From positions 343 through 64,342 of IMG/VR virus record IMGVR_UViG_3300048583_000043: a DNA stretch of 64,000 bases. The stretch is one strand, 5' to 3'. Below the pieces are notes generated by a model, which was not told the origin of the DNA, did no database searches, and was given only the letters and a program-made list of their open reading frames with translations. Both the position numbers and the translations under genes were made by a program. Of this stretch, positions 29,981 through 38,982 are shown in pieces; the stretch's first letter is position 1; each line of letters starts with the position of its first letter. Source of the stretch: a virus (lineage: Duplodnaviria; Caudoviricetes).

Positions 29981-30829
29981 TCAAGAGTTTAGGAAGACAT
30001 TTTTTTGTTTTTTGAAGATGTTTAAGTCTGACTTGGTCCAATCAATCGAATAGATAGCATGTTGAATGTTTCTAATACCGTTGTAAAAAGTTTCGTAAGT
30101 GATCTGGTCTTTAATCACAGGATAGAAAAGCCCAAACACTTGTTTACTAAACCCTTCAGGGCCAGTGCCACTAGCCTGAGCAAACAGGTCTGTAGGATTT
30201 ACGACAGTTTTAGCATACTCCCTGAGGCTAATGAGCATGGCACACCAATTGTAAATTTTATCTTGGTCAGGGGTTGATTCCAAAGCACGGAACTCTACAG
30301 AACCATATTTAGAGAGTGACGTAACATTCATGGAAGCATAACGAAGATCATCGTCAACAAAGCCACGAAGGTCTCCCTTGGTCAGAACCTCACGAATTCT
30401 GGTAATCAGATATGAAGCGTCTGACATAGACAGACAAAAGTGATTCCCTTTTCTAGAAGGAGCGCAAAAATTAATAAAGCTCTCTTCGTAAATAGCATAC
30501 AATGTCAGAAACGACACCAGTTGTCTAAGAGTGAGGTTTTGTACATTGATGTGACAGTGGATGCCTGCACGGTGGGAGTAGTCTACTTCACTGTCAAATT
30601 CTTTAAAAAGACCTTCCAACTCTTTTAGGGCATCTCGGATATAACTTAGAGAAAGGGGTTTTTTGAATACAAATTCTCTGTTGTCAACCCCTCTCAAAGA
30701 ATTATCTTTTGTGATTCTCCAATAGGTTGAGCCGGTATTTGTAGGAGGTAGATCAGAACCCTCTACTTCAATCTCCAACCCCACGTCCCCGGGCATAGGA
30801 GTTCTTTTAAACGCATCAACTACTAGCAT
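29981..30829 (-). CDS. Putative amidoligase (glutamine synthetase / gamma-glutamylcysteine ligase fold)
   Basis: VGLEIEVE, DNSL, REFV, AGIHCHIN, RYASMN, KYGSVEFR. Confidence 0.82.
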   Translation of the reverse strand: MLVVDAFKRTPMPGDVGLEIEVEGSDLPPTNTGSTYWRITKDNSLRGVDNREFVFKKPLSLSYIRDALKELEGLFKEFDSEVDYSHRAGIHCHINVQNLTLRQLVSFLTLYAIYEESFINFCAPSRKGNHFCLSMSDASYLITRIREVLTKGDLRGFVDDDLRYASMNVTSLSKYGSVEFRALESTPDQDKIYNWCAMLISLREYAKTVVNPTDLFAQASGTGPEGFSKQVFGLFYPVIKDQITYETFYNGIRNIQHAIYSIDWTKSDLNIFKKQKNVFLNS

Positions 30830-31373
30830 TTGCTACATCCTTGTCTAAATGTTCTTGAAGATAGAAAAAAGGTTCTTTAAGAAAAATTCCTTTCTTGTTC
30901 CACTCTCCTACAACATCTGTACGATAGAAAAGATTTCCATCTTTGTCAATCCCAAAATCTTTTGAGAATGCAATAGAAACTTTCTGAGAATTTTTCATAG
31001 AATTGTAGCAAGTAGATAGTTTAGGAAAATTTTCTGAAAGGGTTTGAATAAGAGAGTGGGGGAAAGAGAACCGACCTAGAGGGTCTTTGGAAACACGAAG
31101 GCTGCCAAGAGACAGCCCTTGTTTCCAACTATTCCTCATAGGTTTTCGTTCTACATAAACTGCATAAGGGGTGATATTTGTCAACCCAAGTTTAAAACCT
31201 TCTAATTTGATATCTGAAGCAGGGATATGACCAGAAATCTTAGACTTAAGATTGAGACAATGCACTTGCCAGTTAGCAAGGATATCGTGAACGTAGACAA
31301 TTTGGTTATCGTTAGTAAAAACAATTGTGTCTTTTAAACGTTTTTTTGCATATTCTAGATCATTGTAATACAT
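30816..31373 (-). CDS. Hypothetical protein of the ligase cluster
   Basis: Coupled between two ligase genes. Confidence 0.65.
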   Translation of the reverse strand: MYYNDLEYAKKRLKDTIVFTNDNQIVYVHDILANWQVHCLNLKSKISGHIPASDIKLEGFKLGLTNITPYAVYVERKPMRNSWKQGLSLGSLRVSKDPLGRFSFPHSLIQTLSENFPKLSTCYNSMKNSQKVSIAFSKDFGIDKDGNLFYRTDVVGEWNKKGIFLKEPFFYLQEHLDKDVANASS

Positions 31374-32269
31374 TATTTATAACTCTGGATGGTTGGAATT
31401 TCTGACTTATTTGCAAACATCTCTTGAATCATATAAAAAGCTTTGGTGACTTTAGACTCTCTGCCATCAATAGTAATAATGTCTACCATTTCTTTAGTAA
31501 AATCATCATAGTTATTGATGAAATCTTGTACTGAAACGCCACCACTTAGAACTTCATTGTAGAAATTCTCGTTAGCAAAGCACATTTCTACAGCTTTGAG
31601 GCTGTTATGATAAACAAATTTACGCAGCAAAGCACGATCTAGCCACTTGTTACTAAGAACACGGTATTCCATGCCGTAAGGTTTTGGACGGAAAGATCCT
31701 GCTTTGCCATAAAGAGTGCGGCGTTTTGAATCTTTATCCCACAAAAGAGAAGGGATACCAATAAAAACATCTAACATCTTAGCAAGAGACTTACAAGCTT
31801 CCATGTGCCCGGGATCATTGGGATCTACAGGTTCTTTGTGCCAACCAATGTGTACATGACCACTGGCAGTTCTGAAAGGCATAGAGGCTTGAGGGGTGGG
31901 ATTAAAAGTGTTAGTCCAAGCATTGAAGTCAGGTTCGCAGCCTAGTTGTTTAGCAATCTTAGGCTGTGCTTGAATATAGTCATTACCGAATTCAGCAACA
32001 GATTCAATAAAGATCTCATAGCCCGGAACCATATCGGTCAGTTGTTCAAGAACTGATGTAAGGTTACGTTCCCATTGATCATAATCTGAAGCAGGGGAGA
32101 TGTTAAATTCTAGCGCCATCCCGTCTACTTGTACAGCACCATTAACAACCTTATAAGGGTTTTCTTTTGTTCCTGGGATAAGGCCATGAGCGGAAACATG
32201 AACACCATTACGTTTTACAAAAACCTCAGGGTCTGCACCCACAAGGAAGTCATGCCCATTGATTTTCAT
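31373..32269 (-). CDS. phiEco32-like COOH-NH2 ligase type 2
   Basis: VGADPEVF, VQVDGMALEFNI, GCEPDFNAW, RTASGHVHIG, RRTLYGKAGSFRPKPYGMEYRVLSN. Confidence 0.88.
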   Translation of the reverse strand: MKINGHDFLVGADPEVFVKRNGVHVSAHGLIPGTKENPYKVVNGAVQVDGMALEFNISPASDYDQWERNLTSVLEQLTDMVPGYEIFIESVAEFGNDYIQAQPKIAKQLGCEPDFNAWTNTFNPTPQASMPFRTASGHVHIGWHKEPVDPNDPGHMEACKSLAKMLDVFIGIPSLLWDKDSKRRTLYGKAGSFRPKPYGMEYRVLSNKWLDRALLRKFVYHNSLKAVEMCFANENFYNEVLSGGVSVQDFINNYDDFTKEMVDIITIDGRESKVTKAFYMIQEMFANKSEIPTIQSYK

Positions 32270-33600
32270 AGTGACACTCCAATTTTATCAAGGGTTTCTT
32301 TATCTACTTTGCACTCTTTGCACAAGAAAGCGTCTTTATCTAGCCAATGAATTTCTTTATTATCCTCCCAATCAGGGATTTTTCCACACAAGCCGCATCC
32401 ACAATTTACTTTATGTTCCCAAGCATCTTTTGTAAGAGATTGGTGAGGACTATGCCAAGGAGCAAAAGTAGGAAAAGGTAGAATAGTTTTTGATGACAGG
32501 ATTTTATAACCTTTATCATCAACAATTAGTTTCTCACCTTTCTTAAGAGGCTGCCATTCGATATTTGGCCAACTAATCGTGTAGTCAAAATCAAGCTCAA
32601 GAGCAGAGAACATGGTTTTCTTAGGAATCCACAACCCATTTTTAAGACCTTTGCCTTGAAATTGATTCTTGGCATTTAGTGAGTCTTGATAAGGGATGTT
32701 AATCTTAACCATCTCACCATCGGATGTTACACCTTTGGCATACTTAAGAACAGGGCTGCCTGCATCAGTGTGCAAAGAAAGGATGGCAAACGCATCATCA
32801 GAGTCTCCCCAGTGATTGCTTTGCCCTTTGAAATTGTTTTGCCACCCCCCGTAAAAATTTCCTTTTGCTGCCGGAACAGGAGGAGGGACATACTCTTTTA
32901 AAACAGATGACTCAATCACAACCTTGGTATGAGATTCTGGATGAATTGAGAGGAGTGTGTTTTCTTTAAGGCTACCAACTTCACCAATCTCTACAGAACA
33001 ACGACTAGTAGCAACTCTGATCATCCAAGGTTCAGAGGCCCAAAACATGGCACTATTATCTTTAGACTGAGCAATAAAAAGAGGACGCTCTTTATTACGA
33101 ATAAGATGTACACGATCAGTGCGTTTGTCATACCAAGACAATGCCATTGCACCGTTAGTCTTAGCCCACACATCTTCAATACTAAAAGTGTCAATCTCAT
33201 TGTAAAGGATTTGACTGTCGATATCAAACTTAGAATAGCCTTTGAATTTAAGAAGGTTGTGTGTTGGGATGGTGCCATTGTGGGCACCTACAATATTCTC
33301 AAACTCAAAAGGGTGAGCATTTTCTGGAACAATTTTACCTTGGGTGGCTTTACGATTGTGACCAATCAATGCAAAAGGGTTGTTCTTAAAATGACTAAAA
33401 GGACGAGCATTGTAGCCCGACAATTCTAGAAATTCTGCGGCTGTTAAGACTTCTTTTTCTACTACCCAGCCACTTTTCCCAATAGCTGCAATTCCTGTAC
33501 TGTCAAACCCCCTTACTGTGTCAAATACCAGCATTTGCTGGAACACTTCATGATGTTTGAAAGAAAGATTTTTAGATACAACGCCTACAAGGCCGCACAT
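32266..33600 (-). CDS. Class II (Ntn) glutamine amidotransferase with a C-terminal Cys-rich domain
   Basis: N-terminal MCGLVG, RGFDSTG, GHNRKAT, NAHPF, AHNGT, DSQ; C-terminal CGLC...CKEC. Confidence 0.9.
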   Translation of the reverse strand: MCGLVGVVSKNLSFKHHEVFQQMLVFDTVRGFDSTGIAAIGKSGWVVEKEVLTAAEFLELSGYNARPFSHFKNNPFALIGHNRKATQGKIVPENAHPFEFENIVGAHNGTIPTHNLLKFKGYSKFDIDSQILYNEIDTFSIEDVWAKTNGAMALSWYDKRTDRVHLIRNKERPLFIAQSKDNSAMFWASEPWMIRVATSRCSVEIGEVGSLKENTLLSIHPESHTKVVIESSVLKEYVPPPVPAAKGNFYGGWQNNFKGQSNHWGDSDDAFAILSLHTDAGSPVLKYAKGVTSDGEMVKINIPYQDSLNAKNQFQGKGLKNGLWIPKKTMFSALELDFDYTISWPNIEWQPLKKGEKLIVDDKGYKILSSKTILPFPTFAPWHSPHQSLTKDAWEHKVNCGCGLCGKIPDWEDNKEIHWLDKDAFLCKECKVDKETLDKIGVSL

Positions 33601-33606
33601 ATGTCA

Positions 33607-34215
33607 TTAAACTCCTAGAAAATGGTTGAGGTAATAAAAGTAGGTGTCTTGATCCTCTTCTGAAGTGTTATACTCAGGATGAGGCTGATAACAGAGGCAA
33701 CGTGTGCTGGCATAGTACACAGCTTCTGTGTCAATAGATGGGCCTTGTTCTCTCGTGTTTTCTCCCTCTCTAAGTGTTGAGCAGTTTGCAGTGAGGAGAA
33801 CAATAGCATCAGAAGATGGGATCATCATCTGATGATGAGAAGAGGATGTCAAAATTTCTAAATTACGAACATGACATTTAGAAGCATGTCCTTGCCAAAG
33901 ATTGTGGTTATTGACATGTTGCCACATCTTACCCCCATTAGCGATATTTAGTAGTTGTCCCCCTCTACAAATACCCGCCATAGGGATTTTACCTACATAT
34001 TCGTGGTAATAAAGGAATTCTCTTTCATCCCTAGCAGGATTGGTAGATGTCGCAGCGTGTTTTGTTTCTCCATAATAATGTGGGGATACATCAGCACCCC
34101 CTGTAAATTGAATTAGATCAACATCATCATCAAGACCAGTTGCAATTTGCCAACCTCTCTGCAAGAACATACGATCTACAAGAAGATCGGAAGAAAAGAT
34201 TTTAACTTTTGGCAT
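33607..34215 (-). CDS. Class I GATase / peptidase C26 (gamma-glutamyl hydrolase-like)
   Basis: FTGGADVSPHYYGE, RDERE, GICRGGQLLN, SSHHQ, YQPHPE. Confidence 0.88.
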   Translation of the reverse strand: MPKVKIFSSDLLVDRMFLQRGWQIATGLDDDVDLIQFTGGADVSPHYYGETKHAATSTNPARDEREFLYYHEYVGKIPMAGICRGGQLLNIANGGKMWQHVNNHNLWQGHASKCHVRNLEILTSSSHHQMMIPSSDAIVLLTANCSTLREGENTREQGPSIDTEAVYYASTRCLCYQPHPEYNTSEEDQDTYFYYLNHFLGV

Positions 34216-35104
34216 TTTGCATTTCCTTTTTCATTTCATCTACTAAAAAATGTAAATCTTCTGCATTTTTTATTACTAGTTCTGTTGTAGGTTGCTTCTC
34301 AAAGACGTTTAACGAACGCTTTTTCAGGCTAGAAGGGAGTTTTACTTTCTTAAAAAACCCATCAAGATGGTGATTGTATCTAGTTTCACCAAAATAACTA
34401 AACAGATACCCAGGACGCCAACCCAACTCTATTTTATAAGATCGTTCTAGTTTAGGTTTGTAACCCGGGTCAAAGAAATTCTTTAATGCCATCCAAGTAG
34501 TAGAAGAGGCATTAAAAATTGTATGGGGTGAAGATAGCGGAGAGTAGGTGTAAAACCCGTCATTGTCTTTGTTAAGAAAATGAGCGAGAAGGTAAGACCA
34601 AGAAGGAGAAAATCCGTAGTCTAACATATTATCGAAAACTTTATTTCTTTCACCCAACGATTTACAATATCTGTCAAAAGTAAATCTGGATGCAACACAG
34701 GCCCCAAAGAAGGTATTCCAAGGTTGATCAACATCCATGACAAAACCTTTTGAATTGATATAATCAACATCTTTGCTAAAGAAACATTTAGCAAAAGGGC
34801 TGTCATTTACAAGCCAGTGATTATAAACATCGGCTGATTTTTGTTTATACACAGGCTTTCTAATACGAGTCATAAAGACAGTAGGGAGCCAACTAATTGA
34901 AGCAGCCCTGCCGTGACATGGTTGAACACCTAAATCGTCTAGTTTGTCATTGTCATACACATAACCGTAACTAACTTGAGAATAGCGGTCTCCATAAGTT
35001 ACATTTTTATCCTTAAAGAACTTAAGGACAGTAGGGTGATTAAGATAATCAGACAAGGACAGCCTCCTCAGAAAGAGCCGGATGAATAAATTTCTTCCAA
35101 CCAC
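34202..35104 (-). CDS. Hypothetical protein of the ligase cluster
   Basis: Long ORF between the ATP-grasp and C26 genes; the true start is probably ~35,059. Confidence 0.65.
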   Translation of the reverse strand: MVGRNLFIRLFLRRLSLSDYLNHPTVLKFFKDKNVTYGDRYSQVSYGYVYDNDKLDDLGVQPCHGRAASISWLPTVFMTRIRKPVYKQKSADVYNHWLVNDSPFAKCFFSKDVDYINSKGFVMDVDQPWNTFFGACVASRFTFDRYCKSLGERNKVFDNMLDYGFSPSWSYLLAHFLNKDNDGFYTYSPLSSPHTIFNASSTTWMALKNFFDPGYKPKLERSYKIELGWRPGYLFSYFGETRYNHHLDGFFKKVKLPSSLKKRSLNVFEKQPTTELVIKNAEDLHFLVDEMKKEMQNAKS

Positions 35105-35900
35105 CTTTTTCAGTAGTTACAGGGATTCTATCAGCACCATGTTCAATAAGATAGTCAAAACACTTAGCCATGCATTCTTGACGATAAGGGGAGGTTTGAG
35201 AAGGGGCGGAGTTGATTTCTAGAACATAAGGAACCCCCTCTGCATCAACCATCACATCAACAGCACCAAAATCCAATGATGACAGGAGGAAGGCTTCACG
35301 AGCCACTTTAACGGCTTTAAGAGGCCAATCGGACCATGATACGTTGTCAAAGCGCCCACCAAGGGCAACATTCCATGCCACAGCTTGAGGGTTGCCGGGG
35401 GTTTTTCTAGCCACCCATGCAACACGTCCTTGAACAAATGTCACACGATACTCAGCCACCTTGTTAATGAACTTAGATGCATACCATCCAGGACCACAAC
35501 GTTGGATGGCATTGTTCATTTCTTGATGATTTAAAACAAGGTAGAGGCGACGACCTTGAGCATGAACACGAGGACGAACAACTAGAGGAAAATCTTGCTC
35601 ATCATAATCATCTCCAAAGAAAGAATCAGGTACAATACGCATATCAGTGTCAAGGTAGTGTTCAAATAGCTTTTTACGAAACTCGCTTTTATCATTCACT
35701 TCATGAATAGCCGAAGATTTGTTGATGATTGTGACACCATTAGGCACATCTGTTGTGCAACCCCAACGAATAACCATTGTAGGCGGGGAGGGCCAAGGAC
35801 GATCATTACGAACAGCGCCATCAATCTTATTAGAAAAACGGGCAATCTCACGGGCAGATGTGCGCCCTAGTTTACGACGACGAAGAATGTAGATGGACAT
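35049..35900 (-). CDS. ATP-grasp peptide ligase (RimK/phiEco32-like)
   Basis: IRWG, N...DK, PLVVRP..HAQG, EYRV, WN...GGRF, LDFGAVDV, VLEINSAP. Confidence 0.87.
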   Translation of the reverse strand: MSIYILRRRKLGRTSAREIARFSNKIDGAVRNDRPWPSPPTMVIRWGCTTDVPNGVTIINKSSAIHEVNDKSEFRKKLFEHYLDTDMRIVPDSFFGDDYDEQDFPLVVRPRVHAQGRRLYLVLNHQEMNNAIQRCGPGWYASKFINKVAEYRVTFVQGRVAWVARKTPGNPQAVAWNVALGGRFDNVSWSDWPLKAVKVAREAFLLSSLDFGAVDVMVDAEGVPYVLEINSAPSQTSPYRQECMAKCFDYLIEHGADRIPVTTEKGGWKKFIHPALSEEAVLV

Positions 35901-35909
35901 ATATACTCC

Positions 35910-36062
35910 TAGAGGCTGTAGGAAGGCCGTACAGGGCCTTGATGAGTTTTTGTAGGGGTGGGTGGCCTAAACAATAGATGGGCCTGTAGGGCCCTTCCTA
36001 TGAAAGAATAAAAATATTTTCTAACACCCCTTGACAAGAGGATTTTTTAGCCTATATATAAG
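35910..36062. repeat. Hairpin element A plus TTTTTAGCCTATATATAAG motif (homologous to 46,164-46,475)
   Basis: TAGGAAGGCCGTACAGGGCC pairs imperfectly with GGGCCTGTAGGGCCCTTCCTA; shares sequence blocks with element B. Confidence 0.65.
36030..36060 (+). promoter_or_regulatory. Sigma70-like promoter oriented antisense to the leftward arm
   Basis: CTTGACA followed after 16-18 nt by (C)TATATA, with an AT-rich upstream tract. Confidence 0.45.
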
Positions 36063-36108
36063 AAACTCCCTTTCGTTTTAAAAAATTGTTCCAGGGGTTT
36101 CTAATATA

Positions 36109-36489
36109 CTATCTATAATTATAATACCATGTATATGTATTATCTACTACGTCAGATAGTGGACCAGAGGGTTTTTTATCCTGAGTGTACATCCAACATT
36201 CATCACCACCTAGGGTTTTGACTAGTCTTCTGCAATACCAATTAGGGTGTCCTTCTAGTCTATCTGTTCTTGCTAGAGTTTCATCATCTACTCTCCACAC
36301 TTCTCCTGCTACAGGAAGGGAGATATAATGACCCTCTTCATTTTCTTTCTCTACAGCTACAGGGAAAGAGGGGGAGAGGAGAATAAACCTCTCTACTGTA
36401 ACATCCCTTCTTACAAATTCAGAATCTTTAAGAAGGTGGTTATTACCATAACCTTTTTTTAGTGTGCCGTAAACAAATAGGTTATTCAT
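36109..36489 (-). CDS. Gamma-glutamylcyclotransferase (GGACT/AIG2-like)
   Basis: LFVYGTLKKGYGNNHLL, FP, GEVWRV, DRLEGHPNWYCR. Confidence 0.9.
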   Translation of the reverse strand: MNNLFVYGTLKKGYGNNHLLKDSEFVRRDVTVERFILLSPSFPVAVEKENEEGHYISLPVAGEVWRVDDETLARTDRLEGHPNWYCRRLVKTLGGDECWMYTQDKKPSGPLSDVVDNTYTWYYNYR

Positions 36490-36706
36490 ATAAGTCTTCT
36501 TCTCTGTCAAAATATTTTCTTTTTTTGAAAGCAATTTCTTTCCAATTTAACTCCATAAAGGGTGTAGAATAATATTTAGAGATCGTATCGTATGTTGCAT
36601 TACGCTTTCTAAGATCCGTGTAGCAATTCTCTTTGAAAGTTACCCATTGTAATTCATCTTTATGTGGACTGCTCATGTTAAAAAGACTCCCAGTCTTTAA
36701 TGTCAA
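36482..36706 (-). CDS. Hypothetical protein ending YFDREEDLYE
   Basis: Carries the shared C-terminal motif; start uncertain. Confidence 0.5.
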   Translation of the reverse strand: MTLKTGSLFNMSSPHKDELQWVTFKENCYTDLRKRNATYDTISKYYSTPFMELNWKEIAFKKRKYFDREEDLYE

Positions 36707-36798
36707 TTATTGAATGAATAGGGTATGCAATTTGAAATTCTTTAAGGGTGTCAATAGGAACTTTACAAAATCCTAGAGAGGGAGTGTAAGCATACACT

Positions 36799-36996
36799 TT
36801 ATCGTAACATTTCTTCTTCGGTCTCAAAGAAAGATTGTTTAACAATTTCAAATCTCCATGGAAAGTACATCATACCGGGTTTTCTTTTTAGATAGACACG
36901 ACCATTTTTTTCATAACCTAAATAAATTTGGCCAGCCTCCACTTTCATATTATTAAACCCCTGATCTTTATCATTAATACATCTAAATTTGATCAT
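36799..36996 (-). CDS. Hypothetical protein ending FFETEEEMLR
   Basis: ATGA-coupled; carries the shared C-terminal motif. Confidence 0.6.
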   Translation of the reverse strand: MIKFRCINDKDQGFNNMKVEAGQIYLGYEKNGRVYLKRKPGMMYFPWRFEIVKQSFFETEEEMLR

Positions 36997-37277
36997 AACA
37001 TATCTTCTTCTTTATCAAAGAATACGTCATTATGAACTTCTACTAAACCCTCTCTGATTGTATTATAGTGACAACCAAGTTCATTGTTAAAACATCTAAA
37101 CAACCCTTCAGATTTTGTTTGTGTAAAATGGTTATAATGACCATGATATGCGGCTTTAAATCTTACAGGAAAACTTGTAACTCTAAAATATTTTTTTAGC
37201 CCTTCTAAAGATTGTGATTTGCTTACCCCAGGGTTTACACTAATAATGTAAACTTCACCGTCTTTTAGAGATTTCAT
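36993..37277 (-). CDS. Hypothetical protein ending FFDKEEDML
   Basis: Coupled ORF carrying the shared C-terminal motif. Confidence 0.6.
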   Translation of the reverse strand: MKSLKDGEVYIISVNPGVSKSQSLEGLKKYFRVTSFPVRFKAAYHGHYNHFTQTKSEGLFRCFNNELGCHYNTIREGLVEVHNDVFFDKEEDML

Positions 37278-37464
37278 TGATTTGATCCTGAACTGTATTT
37301 CTATCGTTCGGGTTCCCCCTAGTTTCTTTTTGTTGATGAAGGGAACGACGATATTCTACATTCTCTCTTGACCTAATTTGTTTACGTTTATTACGTTCAA
37401 GAGAACGTCCTACATTAAGAGGGCTACGGCCAGCTTTCTGAGCTTCAATCCAAGACGTGTACAT
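37255..37464 (-). CDS. Hypothetical basic protein
   Basis: AGGA RBS; ORF within the operon. Confidence 0.5.
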   Translation of the reverse strand: MYTSWIEAQKAGRSPLNVGRSLERNKRKQIRSRENVEYRRSLHQQKETRGNPNDRNTVQDQINEISKRR

Positions 37465-37472
37465 ATTAATCC

Positions 37473-37742
37473 TTAAAGATTGGGGGGAAGATCAATCATA
37501 ACACCCTCTTCTCCACTAGAGACGAGGCAAGTTTGACCATTAGTTGAAACAGTGGCAGTCCATGTACCAGTGATATCATTAATCCATAGTTGGACTAAGC
37601 CTTGTGCTGTTGCACCTTCAAAAATTACCACCTCTCCATAACGAGAGAGGAGGAGTTCTTCAACCTCTTTGTCAGGGGCACATTGTGCTGCTTGAGCAAA
37701 CAGGGGAAATGATGACAGGAGAAGAGCGAGAGCGTATTTCAT
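37473..37742 (-). CDS. Secreted small protein of alphaproteobacterial type
   Basis: Signal peptide followed by QCAP...L..RYGE...LW....GTWT......G.TCLVSSG. Confidence 0.65.
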   Translation of the reverse strand: MKYALALLLSSFPLFAQAAQCAPDKEVEELLLSRYGEVVIFEGATAQGLVQLWINDITGTWTATVSTNGQTCLVSSGEEGVMIDLPPNL

Positions 37743-38367
37743 AGGTATTTCCTTTCAAGGTCGTCAATAAGATTGAGAATGATTAGGAAGAGAGAAGTGG
37801 CAGTTATAATAGTCCACAAAACATCTCCTCTTGAAATGCTATAGTAAACAGAATGAGGTGCAAGAAGGATTAAAAAGATTTGTAACGATAAGATAAATTT
37901 CATACATTTTCCTTTCCAATAGGAAGCTCTACAATTTCATAATAATCATACGCGGAGTATCTTTGTCTATGAAATTCATACCACTTTTTACACTCATCAT
38001 AAGACAAATTAGTATACTTAATTCCCCACGTTGAACCTTCGTTATCGTATTTATCCCAAGCACATACACAATATAGCATAAATCATTTCCTATACAATCT
38101 AAATTGCCAATAGGCAAAGTAGTCTTGAAATTTTTTATCACTTACTTCGTTAAATTGCTCTTCACTACTAAAACAAGCTTCTCCTCCGGGATAACCTGCT
38201 TCGTAGTCAGCAATACCTAAAGCAATTCTCACTTGTGATCTTAATGAGATGTCTCTGTCTACAAGGAGGTGTTCGTAACCGAGAAAGAGATTTTGCATTC
38301 TTGGAGACGGTTTGATTTCTTTTAGAAATTGTAGATACTGTTCATGTGTCATGTTAAAACTTTTTAA

Positions 38368-38450
38368 TGGTGCCCCCGGTCGGATTCGAACCGACACGCA
38401 TTAAGCATTCCTTTTTAAGAGGAACGTGGCTACCGTTACACCACGGGGGC
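38368..38450 (-). tRNA. trnL: tRNA-Leu(TAA)
   Basis: GCCCCCG acceptor stem, anticodon arm TTCCT-CTTAAAA-AGGAA, long variable arm, GGTTCGAATCC, encoded CCA. Confidence 0.9.
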
Positions 38451-38451
38451 G

Positions 38452-38763
38452 TTAAGTGTGAATGAGAAAAGGGATTTTCAAGGCATCAATAGCTGCTTGA
38501 CAAATAGGACAAGGCTTTGCTGATACAGGGTTGCCTTCATTGTCATACCTTTCTACCTTAATAGTATGAGCAAGCCAAGGCTTTTTTAGTTTGACAATGG
38601 CTGCCATCTCGGCATGTAGATAAATTTGTTCTGGTCTACCATACATTGCTGCGTATTTAGCTTGCATTGGATGAGTTTTCACATAGCTATTCACTCCAAT
38701 TGAAAGGGGCCTTCCTTTTTTATCGTAAATGGTAGCAATGATGTGAAAACGTTTTTTAGACAT
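38452..38763 (-). CDS. Zn-dependent cytidine/dCMP deaminase-like protein
   Basis: HAE...KPCPIC motif. Confidence 0.8.
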   Translation of the reverse strand: MSKKRFHIIATIYDKKGRPLSIGVNSYVKTHPMQAKYAAMYGRPEQIYLHAEMAAIVKLKKPWLAHTIKVERYDNEGNPVSAKPCPICQAAIDALKIPFLIHT

Positions 38764-38982
38764 TTAGTCTAAATCCTCTACCCACCCAGTTGTTACGTCA
38801 ATGTCGTAGTAGCTCTTATCATGAATAAGGTTGGGACGGTTAATACTTACATAACCTTTATCTTTTTTAACTACTTTGTGAACAGCTACATCGAGAAGAA
38901 GCAAATCTCCAATGGCTTGATTCACTTGTTCTTTATCTTTACAGACAGTCAGACCACCTTCGCTATCGTAAAGAATGTACAC
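38764..38982 (-). CDS. Hypothetical protein
   Basis: GGAGG RBS and GTG start. Confidence 0.55.
   Translation of the reverse strand: MYILYDSEGGLTVCKDKEQVNQAIGDLLLLDVAVHKVVKKDKGYVSINRPNLIHDKSYYDIDVTTGWVEDLD

Noticed and set aside
38083-38397. ORF start MSVRIRPGAP, and the ORF at 40868-41095
   Set aside because: They overlap tRNA genes. The first probably starts at MTHEQ downstream of the tRNA, and the second is spurious.
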